A stretch of 57,068 nt of DNA from a virus (Duplodnaviria; Caudoviricetes), in the IMG/VR virus record IMGVR_UViG_3300044796_000031, positions 1 to 57,068 of that record; one strand, given 5' to 3'. Below the pieces are notes generated by a model. The model was not told where the DNA came from and ran no database searches. It saw only the letters and a list, made by a program, of their open reading frames with translations. Positions 1-8,470 of the stretch are shown one piece after another. A program made the translations under genes and the position numbers. The first letter of the stretch is position 1. Each line of letters starts with the position of its first letter.

Positions 1-185
1 CAGCGACGTGGGAGAATCCCCTTTCCGGGTCACTGTTAGCGGGGTGGCTTGTCATAGCGCCCATTTGCTCCGCGCTGGCTTATAGGCCGCACATCTATGT
101 CACAGGGGAATCAGAATCAGGCAAATCAACGATAATGGATAAAGTAATAAAGGCCGTCCTTGGTAGGGCTGCGCTCTGTGTAGAT
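1..185. repeat. Terminal direct repeat, left copy (circular assembly overlap)
   Basis: 1-185 matches 56884-57068; identical over 60-185, with 5 mismatches in the first 59 nt. Confidence 0.95.
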
Positions 186-1151
186 GGCGGCACTACTGAG
201 CCAGGTATTAGGGATATGATGGGGCATGACGGCAGGCCGCTAGTATATGATGAGGCCGAGCCGTCACCTTCTATGCCTGAAGTGATCGGCTTGGCGCGCA
301 AGGCTTCCACTGGGTCGGTGGTTAAGAAATTTGGGCAGCGTCCGTTCAAGGCGCGGTTCGCGGCATGTTTCAGCGCGATTAACCCACCAGTGAATAAAAC
401 GGCGGATGAGAACAGAATCAGCTTCATGCATCTTAAAAAGAACCGCAAGCCAACGGCCATGCAGGATTACGACGATTTGCTGGCACTCATAGACGAAACA
501 ATAACAGCAGATTTCTCCGAGAGGATGGTCGCGCGCACGTTAGAGAATATGGATGCGCTGATAAAAAATATCCGCATCTTTCAGCGCGCCGTGAGAAAAA
601 CAACAGGAGCGGCGCGTGCAGCGCAGCAAATAGGAACCATGCTTGCTGGTCTGTATCTATTAGGCCGCACGGATGTAATCGAGGAAGCGGCGGCGCTTGA
701 GTGGGTCGGAAAATATAGTTGGACAGACCACACAATCGTTGACCAAGACGGCGATCCTATTCGGCTGGTGCAGCATATTACTGGATCCCTGATTCGGTAC
801 GCAAAGAGCGGGTCTGACATTACCATAGGTGAACTTATAAGCATGGCGTCAAAAGAGAGGGACGCATCATCGGATAAATTGCTAAGGAATTACGGAATAG
901 CAGTGCGCGGTCAATGGGTGGACATAGCCAGCAGGTCGGCAAACTTGGCGCGGTTGCTCAAGGATACTGATTGGCACGATAAGTGGTCACGCACACTGGG
1001 GGACGTTGAGGGTTCGGAAAAACGCAGAATATCCTATTTCTCTCCGGGCATAAAGACCAGCGCGATTGCTATACCTCTTACTCTATTTATTGAGCAGGAA
1101 GTCGAGGTGCAGGATTTTTATAGTGGTGGTGAGCAGGAATTGGAATTTTAA
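1..1151 (+). CDS. C-terminal helicase part of the primase-helicase (continues from 55275 across the join)
   Basis: Frame is open upstream of the tracked ATG at 135 and contains Walker A GESESGKST; Walker B-like LVYDEAE follows. Confidence 0.85.
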   Translation, partial: ATWENPLSGSLLAGWLVIAPICSALAYRPHIYVTGESESGKSTIMDKVIKAVLGRAALCVDGGTTEPGIRDMMGHDGRPLVYDEAEPSPSMPEVIGLARKASTGSVVKKFGQRPFKARFAACFSAINPPVNKTADENRISFMHLKKNRKPTAMQDYDDLLALIDETITADFSERMVARTLENMDALIKNIRIFQRAVRKTTGAARAAQQIGTMLAGLYLLGRTDVIEEAAALEWVGKYSWTDHTIVDQDGDPIRLVQHITGSLIRYAKSGSDITIGELISMASKERDASSDKLLRNYGIAVRGQWVDIASRSANLARLLKDTDWHDKWSRTLGDVEGSEKRRISYFSPGIKTSAIAIPLTLFIEQEVEVQDFYSGGEQELEF

Positions 1152-1165
1152 CCGAGGAGGATTAT

Positions 1166-1423
1166 ATGGACTATATAAAATTTGAAGATGAAATTATTTT
1201 ATCAAAACAACATCCATTTGTTGCTAATTTTTATGTTCTTGTTGGCGATGATAATAATGGATGGGTAGTGAAATGGAGAGATTTTACCACTACGAGCCAA
1301 GATAGGTTTTTCGACAAAAAAGAAGAAGCGGAAGCATTCGCCTCAGCATTACGCGCAGGATGCCGGATATTGAACAGTTATTACACCAGCTTTTTTGATG
1401 AGTGCGACGGGCATCACTACTAA
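1166..1423 (+). CDS. Hypothetical protein
   Basis: 85 aa ORF with strong SD (GAGGAGG). Confidence 0.7.
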   Translation: MDYIKFEDEIILSKQHPFVANFYVLVGDDNNGWVVKWRDFTTTSQDRFFDKKEEAEAFASALRAGCRILNSYYTSFFDECDGHHY

Positions 1424-2828
1424 TATGATTCTGCGCTCCAAACAGTTAGAACTAAACGGAGCCTGCACGAGTGAAGCCCGCAAGGGCTATAAGTCTATCC
1501 TCATTCAGGCAGCAACAGGATTTGGCAAGTCAGTATGCGCCACAGCCCAGATTCAAACAGCGCTATCCCGTGGTAAAAAATGCGCCTTTGTCGTGCCAAA
1601 GCGCGACCTAGTGCGCCAGATGTCCGCCACATTTTCCGATTTCAATATTCCGCACAGCTTCGTTGCGGCAGGTTATCAGTTCAATCCTTTTAGCTCGGTG
1701 CATATTTGCACGGCTGGATCGCTTGTAAACCGGCTGGATAAAATCAGCCCTGACGTGGTTTTCATCGACGAGACACATGTTGGGGCCGGTCAGCTAGATA
1801 AAATCATCAAGCACTACAAAGCCAAGGGTGCGTGGATAATCGGTTTGTCCGCGACGCCGACAAGATTGGACGGACGTGGGCTTAATTGTTGGTACGATAC
1901 CATGGTGCGCGGCCCCTCGATTCGCTGGCTAATTGACAATAAGTTCCTATCAGATTACCGGCTATTCCAACCATCCATACCAGATTTATCCGGCATAAAA
2001 ACAGTAGGCGGGGATTTTGCAAAAGGCGAGCTTAATAAGCGCATGATGGAAGATCGCGTGCTGATAGGGAATGCAGTCAGTCACTATAAATCGCACGCGC
2101 TGGGGAAAGCCAATGTTACATTCTGCACCAGTATTTTGCATTCAGAGTTAGTATGCGAGGCGTTTAATGCTGGGGGCGTGCCAGCAAAAACTATCGACGG
2201 AACCATGAGCGATGCCGAACGCCGCGCATTGATCCGTTCCTTTGCCATGCGCGAAATCTTAGTGCTGTGCAGCGTTGACCTTCTACATACCGGCTTCGAC
2301 CTAGCCAGCAATGCCGGGATGCCTGTAACCGTAGAGTGCATGAGCGATTTACGTCCGACAAAATCACTAGCGCTTCAGTTGCAAAAATGGGGTCGCGTGC
2401 TGCGTTATAAGGAATCTCCCGCTATTATATTTGACCATGCTGGCAACTGCATGAACGCGGACGGCACGATGAACCATGGATTCCCATGTATGGAGAGAGA
2501 ATGGACTCTTGAGAGCGTCGTCAAATCCAAGAAAGAAATGTCGGAGCGTTCATCGCCCATAAAGCAGTGCGAAAAATGTTTTTTCGTCCATCCACCTGCG
2601 CCACAATGTCCGAATTGCGGCAACGTATATGAGGTGCAATCACGGCTTGTGGATACAATCGACGGTGAATTGGTAGAGCTATCACCCGACCAGATCCGCC
2701 AAAAAGCCCGAACTGAGCAAGGATTGGCTAGGACACTAGATGATTTAATCGCAATAGGAAAATCGCGCGGGTATAAAAACCCAGAATTTTGGGCAGCAAA
2801 AGTTGCCAGCGGGAGGAACATAAAATGA
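1395..2828 (+). CDS. SF2 (SSL2/DEAD-like) helicase with C-terminal Zn ribbon
   Basis: ATGFGKS, FIDETH, LSATP, QKWGRVLR motifs and CEKC..CPNC; exact start uncertain. Confidence 0.9.
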   Translation: MMSATGITTNMILRSKQLELNGACTSEARKGYKSILIQAATGFGKSVCATAQIQTALSRGKKCAFVVPKRDLVRQMSATFSDFNIPHSFVAAGYQFNPFSSVHICTAGSLVNRLDKISPDVVFIDETHVGAGQLDKIIKHYKAKGAWIIGLSATPTRLDGRGLNCWYDTMVRGPSIRWLIDNKFLSDYRLFQPSIPDLSGIKTVGGDFAKGELNKRMMEDRVLIGNAVSHYKSHALGKANVTFCTSILHSELVCEAFNAGGVPAKTIDGTMSDAERRALIRSFAMREILVLCSVDLLHTGFDLASNAGMPVTVECMSDLRPTKSLALQLQKWGRVLRYKESPAIIFDHAGNCMNADGTMNHGFPCMEREWTLESVVKSKKEMSERSSPIKQCEKCFFVHPPAPQCPNCGNVYEVQSRLVDTIDGELVELSPDQIRQKARTEQGLARTLDDLIAIGKSRGYKNPEFWAAKVASGRNIK

Positions 2829-3025
2829 TCGACCACTACAAAAAAGGCACCGCGATATTTACCACGACAGACGACCCAGATTGCGAGGGCGTCACAGCCG
2901 CACGGGAATATATTATGATGTACGAGTACACCAAGGAAGAAATCAAGCTGGTGCGCCGTGATGGCGTGATTCAGGTGATAACTATTAAAGACATACCGTG
3001 GAGTGATATTCGTGGCAAAAAATGA
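2825..3025 (+). CDS. Small hypothetical protein
   Basis: ATG at 2825 overlaps helicase stop (ATGA), with SD GGGAGG. Confidence 0.6.
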   Translation: MIDHYKKGTAIFTTTDDPDCEGVTAAREYIMMYEYTKEEIKLVRRDGVIQVITIKDIPWSDIRGKK

Positions 3026-3386
3026 AACGGACGTTACCAATAAAATCATGCTGGCACTTAGCCCGATGGGATGCGTCCTGTGGAAAAACGTGCGCGGGAT
3101 GTTCCTAACACTCGACGGAAAACGCAAAGTGCGCGCGGGCATACAGGCACCAGGGAGTAGCGATTTAATAGGATTTAAGCGTATGGAAATCACGCAAGAG
3201 CACGTCGGCAAATTCCTCCCCGTGCTAACGGTGATCGAGGTAAAAACCCTAACCCCAAAAACCTACCCGTCACATGAGCAAAAAGATTTTATCGACTTCG
3301 TGCTAGAAGCGGGCGGATATGCTGGCGTTGCTCGTTGCCCGGAGGACGCTATAAAAATAATTCAGAATTACTTTGACACAAAATAA
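3003..3386 (+). CDS. VRR-NUC domain nuclease
   Basis: PGSSDLIG..IEVK..QKDF PD-(D/E)xK pattern, next to SF2 helicase. Confidence 0.85.
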   Translation: MIFVAKNETDVTNKIMLALSPMGCVLWKNVRGMFLTLDGKRKVRAGIQAPGSSDLIGFKRMEITQEHVGKFLPVLTVIEVKTLTPKTYPSHEQKDFIDFVLEAGGYAGVARCPEDAIKIIQNYFDTK

Positions 3387-3401
3387 ATACTTTGGTACAG
3401 A
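3373..3401 (+). promoter_or_regulatory. sigma70-type promoter for the recombination operon
   Basis: TTGACA-17 nt-TACAGA. Confidence 0.6.
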
Positions 3402-3419
3402 TTGGGTATAGGAGAGATT

Positions 3420-3599
3420 ATGGCTAAAAACCACGATATAGAAACTTACCCAGCGACATTGCGTCATGAGACAGATGCAGCTTGGCTATTAGACGTTGGA
3501 GAATCTGAGCCGGTTTGGTTCCCCAAAAGCCAATGTGAATTTGACGGGGATGAATTGCAATGCCCTGAGTGGCTAGCAATAGAAAAGGGGATAGCATGA
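3420..3599 (+). CDS. Small conserved phage protein
   Basis: ETDAAWL..WFPKSQ..PEWLAIEKG motif typical of small phage proteins; SD GGAGAG. Confidence 0.7.
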   Translation: MAKNHDIETYPATLRHETDAAWLLDVGESEPVWFPKSQCEFDGDELQCPEWLAIEKGIA

Positions 3600-4537
3600 C
3601 ACGCGAAATCATCGAAATCACCAGCGAAGACCAATGGCTGCAACTCAGAACCCACGACCTAACGAGCACAGCTATATCAGCCCTTTTCGACTTGTCTCCA
3701 TATTGCACAAAATTTGAAGTATACCATGCGAAGAAGTCCGGCCTTATCTTGCCATTCGATGAGAATGAGCGCGTTAAAAAAGGAAAGCGCATCGAGTCCT
3801 ACGTTGCTCAGGAAGTCGGACTTAAAATGGGTTGGGAAGTTCAACCGCTGAATGTCTACGCCCGCATCCCCGGTGAGCGCATGGGAAGCAGCTTCGACTA
3901 TGAGGCAATCTGCCCAGTGCGCGGAAAAGGCATCCTAGAAATTAAGGGCGTTGATTATTTCCAGCATAAAGCGAAGTGGCTAGACGACGAAGCGCCGGAG
4001 CATATCGAGATACAGTTGCAGCATCAGCTTGAATGTATCGACGAATACGAATGGGGCTGTATTTCCGCCTGCACCAGCATCTACGATACGCACGAGTATA
4101 TCCGTGAGCGCGACCACGATATGGGATTAGCACTGCGCACCGCCGCTAATAAATTCTGGGCAGACGTTGACGCTGGAAACGAACCAGCGATTGATTTCTA
4201 CCGTGATGGGCCTGTGCTTGATTTACTCTACTCGAAAGCGGGTGGTGAACCCATCGACGCTACGAAAGACGAAGAACTGGATGCGCTGATTTCTAAGCAC
4301 GTTCGGCTTGGCCGTGAGATAAAGGCAATGGACGCGGATCGTGATGCCGCCAAAGCGCAGATCCACCGACGGTTAGAGAATGCTGGTGGAGCCTATACCG
4401 CTGGTGGGAAAGTCACCTGCGGATGGACAAAAGATAGCGTCGGTAAGCTCGTCACCGAGGAAATGGTGGGGACGTATATTGGGGCTAAAAAGGGCTATAG
4501 ACAGTGCTTAACGAAGATTATGAATGAGGAGAAGTAA
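3596..4537 (+). CDS. YqaJ-like (lambda-exonuclease family) recombination nuclease
   Basis: WLQLR..LTSTAIS, SFD, ILEIK, QLQHQL; lies upstream of RecT. Confidence 0.88.
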   Translation: MTREIIEITSEDQWLQLRTHDLTSTAISALFDLSPYCTKFEVYHAKKSGLILPFDENERVKKGKRIESYVAQEVGLKMGWEVQPLNVYARIPGERMGSSFDYEAICPVRGKGILEIKGVDYFQHKAKWLDDEAPEHIEIQLQHQLECIDEYEWGCISACTSIYDTHEYIRERDHDMGLALRTAANKFWADVDAGNEPAIDFYRDGPVLDLLYSKAGGEPIDATKDEELDALISKHVRLGREIKAMDADRDAAKAQIHRRLENAGGAYTAGGKVTCGWTKDSVGKLVTEEMVGTYIGAKKGYRQCLTKIMNEEK

Positions 4538-4538
4538 G

Positions 4539-5636
4539 ATGAACGCTACCGCTGAGAATAATAATGTCCTGCCAATGTCGGAACAGGGAATTGTCGCCTA
4601 TAATGAATTCCGTGCGCAGTTGGCGGAACTCAAGGCTGTTAATGATAAAACAATTTTTCAATATTCTGATCCGAAGGGCAATAAGGCGTGTCGCAGCTAT
4701 CTTCACAAACTAAGATTAACTAAAGGCGAAGTTGAGCGGGTGCGCAAACAAGAAAAGGCATCGTCTCTTGAATATGGGCGCAGGGTAGATGCGGGGGCCA
4801 AAGAGATAACCAGCGAAATCGAATCCATGATTGCCGTTCATGAAGTCCCGCTGCTTGAAATTGAGAACAAAGAAAAAGAGAGGGTTGCCGCCATTAAGGC
4901 GAGGATTGACCGCATCAAAGCAATGCAGGAGGCCACGGGTCTAGACTCGAAAGAGACGGCGCATAATTTAGAGCGCCTACGTGCTGTAGTGGTAGATGAC
5001 AGTTTCGCAGAATTTCAAGAGGAGGCTCGTCAAGAGATAGATAAGTCTATCGCCGCTCAGGAAGCGCAGAATATAATCGCGGTTAAGGGTGAGCAGGAAG
5101 CCGCCGAACTCGCCCGTCTTCGCGCCGAGGATGAAGCGCGCAAGCAGGCCGAGCGGGAGGCGCAGATTGCGGCTGAGGCAACGGCACGAGCAGAGGCGGC
5201 AGCGAAAGCCGAAGCTGAGGAGGTGGCTATACGGGTAGCCGCCGAAGCCGAAGTCGCCGCCAGACGCGAGCAGGAAGCGAAAGAGCGGGCCGATAAGGCA
5301 GAGGAAGAAGCTAGGGCAGCGGAGCAGCGGCAGATTATTATGCTGAAGCAGGCCGAACTGGATAAGGCATCTGCGGCTAAAAAGGCGCAGGAGGATAAAG
5401 CCGCCGCTGTAGAAGCTGCTGCAAAGGCAGAGCAAGATAAGCTCACTGCTGCGCAAGATGCTGAACGTAAGGCCACGGAAGCTAGGGAGGCTGATAAAAA
5501 GCACAAGGCGAGAATCAATAGGGAGGCGCTTCAGGCTATTGTTGATGAGGCCCTCACTATAAGCCCAGACGATGCTAAAAAAATCGTCGAACTTATCGCG
5601 CAGGGTAAAATTCCACACGTTAAAATCATTTATTAG
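4539..5636 (+). CDS. Coiled-coil A/E/K-rich phage protein
   Basis: Long helical low-complexity region; C-terminal IAQGKIPHVKIIY typical of this phage protein class. Confidence 0.75.
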   Translation: MNATAENNNVLPMSEQGIVAYNEFRAQLAELKAVNDKTIFQYSDPKGNKACRSYLHKLRLTKGEVERVRKQEKASSLEYGRRVDAGAKEITSEIESMIAVHEVPLLEIENKEKERVAAIKARIDRIKAMQEATGLDSKETAHNLERLRAVVVDDSFAEFQEEARQEIDKSIAAQEAQNIIAVKGEQEAAELARLRAEDEARKQAEREAQIAAEATARAEAAAKAEAEEVAIRVAAEAEVAARREQEAKERADKAEEEARAAEQRQIIMLKQAELDKASAAKKAQEDKAAAVEAAAKAEQDKLTAAQDAERKATEAREADKKHKARINREALQAIVDEALTISPDDAKKIVELIAQGKIPHVKIIY

Positions 5637-5644
5637 GAGATAGT

Positions 5645-6250
5645 ATGCCAATTTTAATTTTCGACACAGAAACCACCGGCCTTCCTATTTTCAAGGAATC
5701 AAGCAGTCATCCAGATCAGCCGCACATCGTACAATTGGCTGCTATCTTAGAGGATGACGATGGCAATATCCGGTCAATGCTGAATTGTATTATCAAGCCG
5801 GACGGCAATTGGAAGATGGCCCCTGAAGCATTAGCGGTTCACGGCATTACGCCAGAAGTAGCGGAGCAATACGGACTGCCAGAGAAAACAGCTTACGACC
5901 TATTCTGGGGTATGCTGAATCAAGCCGATACGCTAGTTGCCCATAATCTTTCATTCGATTTTTTTATGCTTCGTATCGCGGCGAAACGCAATGATTTGCA
6001 AGAGCCAAAAGATATTAAGATTAAAAAGTTTTGCACCGTCACAGAAAGCAAGAATATTCTCAAGCTGCCACCAACCGAAAAAATGATGGCCGCCGGGATA
6101 AATGGGTTCAAGTCACCGAATCTAAACGAAGCGTACCAATATTTCTATGGAAAGGAAGTGGTCGGCGCGCATGATGCTATGAACGATGCAAAACATTGCC
6201 GAAAAATCTACCATGCCATTAAAAAATCAACCGCAGCGCAGGCTGCATAA
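5645..6250 (+). CDS. DEDDh 3'-5' exonuclease (DnaQ-like)
   Basis: FDTETTG, VAHNLSFD, HDAMND. Confidence 0.9.
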   Translation: MPILIFDTETTGLPIFKESSSHPDQPHIVQLAAILEDDDGNIRSMLNCIIKPDGNWKMAPEALAVHGITPEVAEQYGLPEKTAYDLFWGMLNQADTLVAHNLSFDFFMLRIAAKRNDLQEPKDIKIKKFCTVTESKNILKLPPTEKMMAAGINGFKSPNLNEAYQYFYGKEVVGAHDAMNDAKHCRKIYHAIKKSTAAQAA

Positions 6251-6266
6251 TTAGGAGAGTAATACC

Positions 6267-7157
6267 ATGAACGCCGTAGCAGAAACCAAAGCACTAACTG
6301 TTGCCGACACCGTAAACCGCATGGAGGGCGAATTTAAACGCGCACTTCCGGCCCATATTCCTAGTGATCGGTTCACGCGCATTGCCGTGAGCGCGATTAA
6401 TAGCAATCCCGACCTTCTAAGCCCAGAGATTGATCGCCGTAGCCTCTACGCTGCCGTTATGAAGGCCGCACAGGATGGCCTGGTGATTGATGGGCGTGAG
6501 GCCGCGCTGGTGACGTTTAAAGGCAAGGGCGGTGTTATCGCTCAGTACATGCCAATGGTGGCTGGCGTGCTCAAGAAAATGCGCAACAGTGGTGAGATCA
6601 GCAATATCAGTGCTGGCATCGTTTACCGGAATGAATACGACCAAGGACGCTTTAAATACATTAAGGGTGATACAGAGAGCCTTTCCCATGACCCGATTCT
6701 ATTTGAGGAAAAAGGCGCGATGATCGGCGTGTATGCGGTTGTTACACTCAAGGACGGCGCAAAGGTACGCGAGTTCATGGACATGAAGCAGATTGATAAA
6801 GTGAAGTCAGTTTCTCGCTCCGCTAACTCAGACTTCGGCCCGTGGAAAAAATGGTTCGAGGAAATGGCCATTAAATCCGTCCTGCGCAAAGTCAGCAAGC
6901 TCTGCCCAATGAGTAGTGACCTCGACCAGGTATTTAAGAATGACGACGAAACATCGGATCTGGAAACTCCATCCGCGACCATCGTTAATGCTGATACTGG
7001 CGAAATTACCTCTGCCGCTGATAAACCTAAACGCAAATACACAAAAGCTGCTGAGATCGTGAAAAATGCGGTACAGGAGGAACCTCCAGTGCAGGAAGAA
7101 TACGGCTACACGGATGCGGAATATACCGAATCTGATGAGGACGAACTGCCGCTGTAA
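6267..7157 (+). CDS. recT: RecT-family single-strand annealing protein
   Basis: ALPAHI..RF, AAQDGL, PWKKWFEEMAIKSVLR; acidic tail. Confidence 0.9.
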   Translation: MNAVAETKALTVADTVNRMEGEFKRALPAHIPSDRFTRIAVSAINSNPDLLSPEIDRRSLYAAVMKAAQDGLVIDGREAALVTFKGKGGVIAQYMPMVAGVLKKMRNSGEISNISAGIVYRNEYDQGRFKYIKGDTESLSHDPILFEEKGAMIGVYAVVTLKDGAKVREFMDMKQIDKVKSVSRSANSDFGPWKKWFEEMAIKSVLRKVSKLCPMSSDLDQVFKNDDETSDLETPSATIVNADTGEITSAADKPKRKYTKAAEIVKNAVQEEPPVQEEYGYTDAEYTESDEDELPL

Positions 7158-7164
7158 TAATACC

Positions 7165-7229
7165 GGGGATGGAGAAACCGCAAGGTTAGGCGTGTATGGA
7201 CAGTATCGAGAATACCGGATGCCATCCCC
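7165..7229 (+). ncRNA. Candidate structured RNA element
   Basis: GGGGATGG/CCATCCCC closing stem around an AACC-GCAA-GGTT hairpin and a GTAT/ATAC hairpin. Confidence 0.35.
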
Positions 7230-7247
7230 AACAGATTAGGAGACACT

Positions 7248-7397
7248 ATGTCAAACAGAGATAAAAAGCGCGTCGGAACCACGGTAGACATTGATGATGC
7301 CGAGAAGGTCGAGCGATGGCTTGAAGAAGACGGGCTTTCGATGGGTTGGTTTATGCGGAAGGCGTTTTATCTGCTGAAGAAAAAGGAGGGGCTGTGA
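7248..7397 (+). CDS. Small ribbon-helix-helix-like regulator (49 aa, not in ORF track)
   Basis: MSNRDKKRVGTTVDIDDAEKVERWLEEDGLSMGWFMRKAF; SD AGGAG. Confidence 0.6.
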   Translation: MSNRDKKRVGTTVDIDDAEKVERWLEEDGLSMGWFMRKAFYLLKKKEGL

Positions 7398-7585
7398 GCA
7401 AAACCCCCGAAGTATCCCGCAACCAACGTGAGCTTATGAAGCGTTCGCGGGAGACTATGGAACGCAAGGAACGTGAGGAGTTCAACGCTACAATTGGCGC
7501 TGCAATTCATTACAAGCCGGGTAAGGTTAGGGGCGATGATACGAAGTGGGATTTTACTGATGATAATGTAAGTGTGAGGGATTAG
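7394..7585 (+). CDS. Hypothetical protein
   Basis: GTG at 7394 overlaps previous stop; SD GGAGG. Confidence 0.55.
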   Translation: MSKTPEVSRNQRELMKRSRETMERKEREEFNATIGAAIHYKPGKVRGDDTKWDFTDDNVSVRD

Positions 7586-7792
7586 GTGATGGACTATCGT
7601 ATGCCAGAATTAGGCCAAAATATCCGCAATGCTCGTCTCGCTAAAAACTTCACGCTGGAGAAGTTGGCGAAGAAAGTTGGCACCAGCAAAAGCTATATCT
7701 GTGAGATCGAACATGCCAAAAGCAGCCCTAGCTTTTTGATTGTTTATGACATTGCAGAAGCACTCAATATTTCCTTGAAGAAATTATTTTAG
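7586..7792 (+). CDS. XRE/Cro-CI HTH regulator
   Basis: IRNARLAKNFTLEKLAKKVGTSKSYICEIE. Confidence 0.88.
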   Translation: MMDYRMPELGQNIRNARLAKNFTLEKLAKKVGTSKSYICEIEHAKSSPSFLIVYDIAEALNISLKKLF

Positions 7793-7800
7793 AATAGTTG

Positions 7801-7829
7801 TTGCATTTAACGTATTGGTTCGCTATACC
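7801..7829 (+). promoter_or_regulatory. sigma70-type promoter
   Basis: TTGCAT-17 nt-TATACC, followed by SD and ATG at 7855. Confidence 0.5.
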
Positions 7830-7854
7830 TAACTTATCAACCAAGGAGGAAGTC

Positions 7855-8031
7855 ATGAAAATAGAACTCCAACAAAGCAGAATGATTAACCAGGCTGGAT
7901 ACGCTGTTACGATTCCAGCCGGTATTCATGAGATCGACATGAATAAGAACTATTACCGTGCTGGCGAAATAAGTCCCTATGATGCAGCACTTCTTATCCG
8001 TATGAAAGCAGCCAAAGTGGTAGGAGCATAA
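7855..8031 (+). CDS. Small hypothetical protein
   Basis: SD AAGGAGG before ATG 7855. Confidence 0.6.
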   Translation: MKIELQQSRMINQAGYAVTIPAGIHEIDMNKNYYRAGEISPYDAALLIRMKAAKVVGA

Positions 8032-8032
8032 T

Positions 8033-8212
8033 ATGAGCAAACTAGCACACAGCGACCAAGAAACAATGGACATTATCGAAGCAATCAACCTTTGTGAAGA
8101 TGAGGGAGATGGTGCTTTTGAAATACTGGAGGCCAATGGTTTTGACTGTTCAAGATTGCCTATCGAGTGGGAAAAACGATATGCGCAATGGCTATATTTT
8201 AACGTGAAATAG
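8033..8212 (+). CDS. Small acidic hypothetical protein (59 aa, not in track)
   Basis: MSKLAHSDQETMDII...; SD AGGAG. Confidence 0.6.
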   Translation: MSKLAHSDQETMDIIEAINLCEDEGDGAFEILEANGFDCSRLPIEWEKRYAQWLYFNVK

Positions 8213-8470
8213 GGAGAGCGAAATGACTTATCAATCAGAACGTGCCTATATCACTCGCACTATGCGTTCGTATGAGCGTCCCAAAGACTTCTTCCATAGC
8301 AATAAATGGCTAGGAACCATGATTGTAATGGTAGGATTAGCTATTTTGTTGGGGGTTGCATGAAATTAACCAGAGAGTCACAAATAGCTGCCGATGAAGC
8401 TGCTCAACAGCTACGTCAATCTGGCCGATCTGGTGGCGCTGAGTAAACGATTAAATAACGGAGAACAAAA

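Noticed and set aside
1-185. Biological direct terminal repeat of the virion DNA
   Set aside because: It falls mid-gene and contains synonymous mismatches; an assembly overlap is the simpler explanation.
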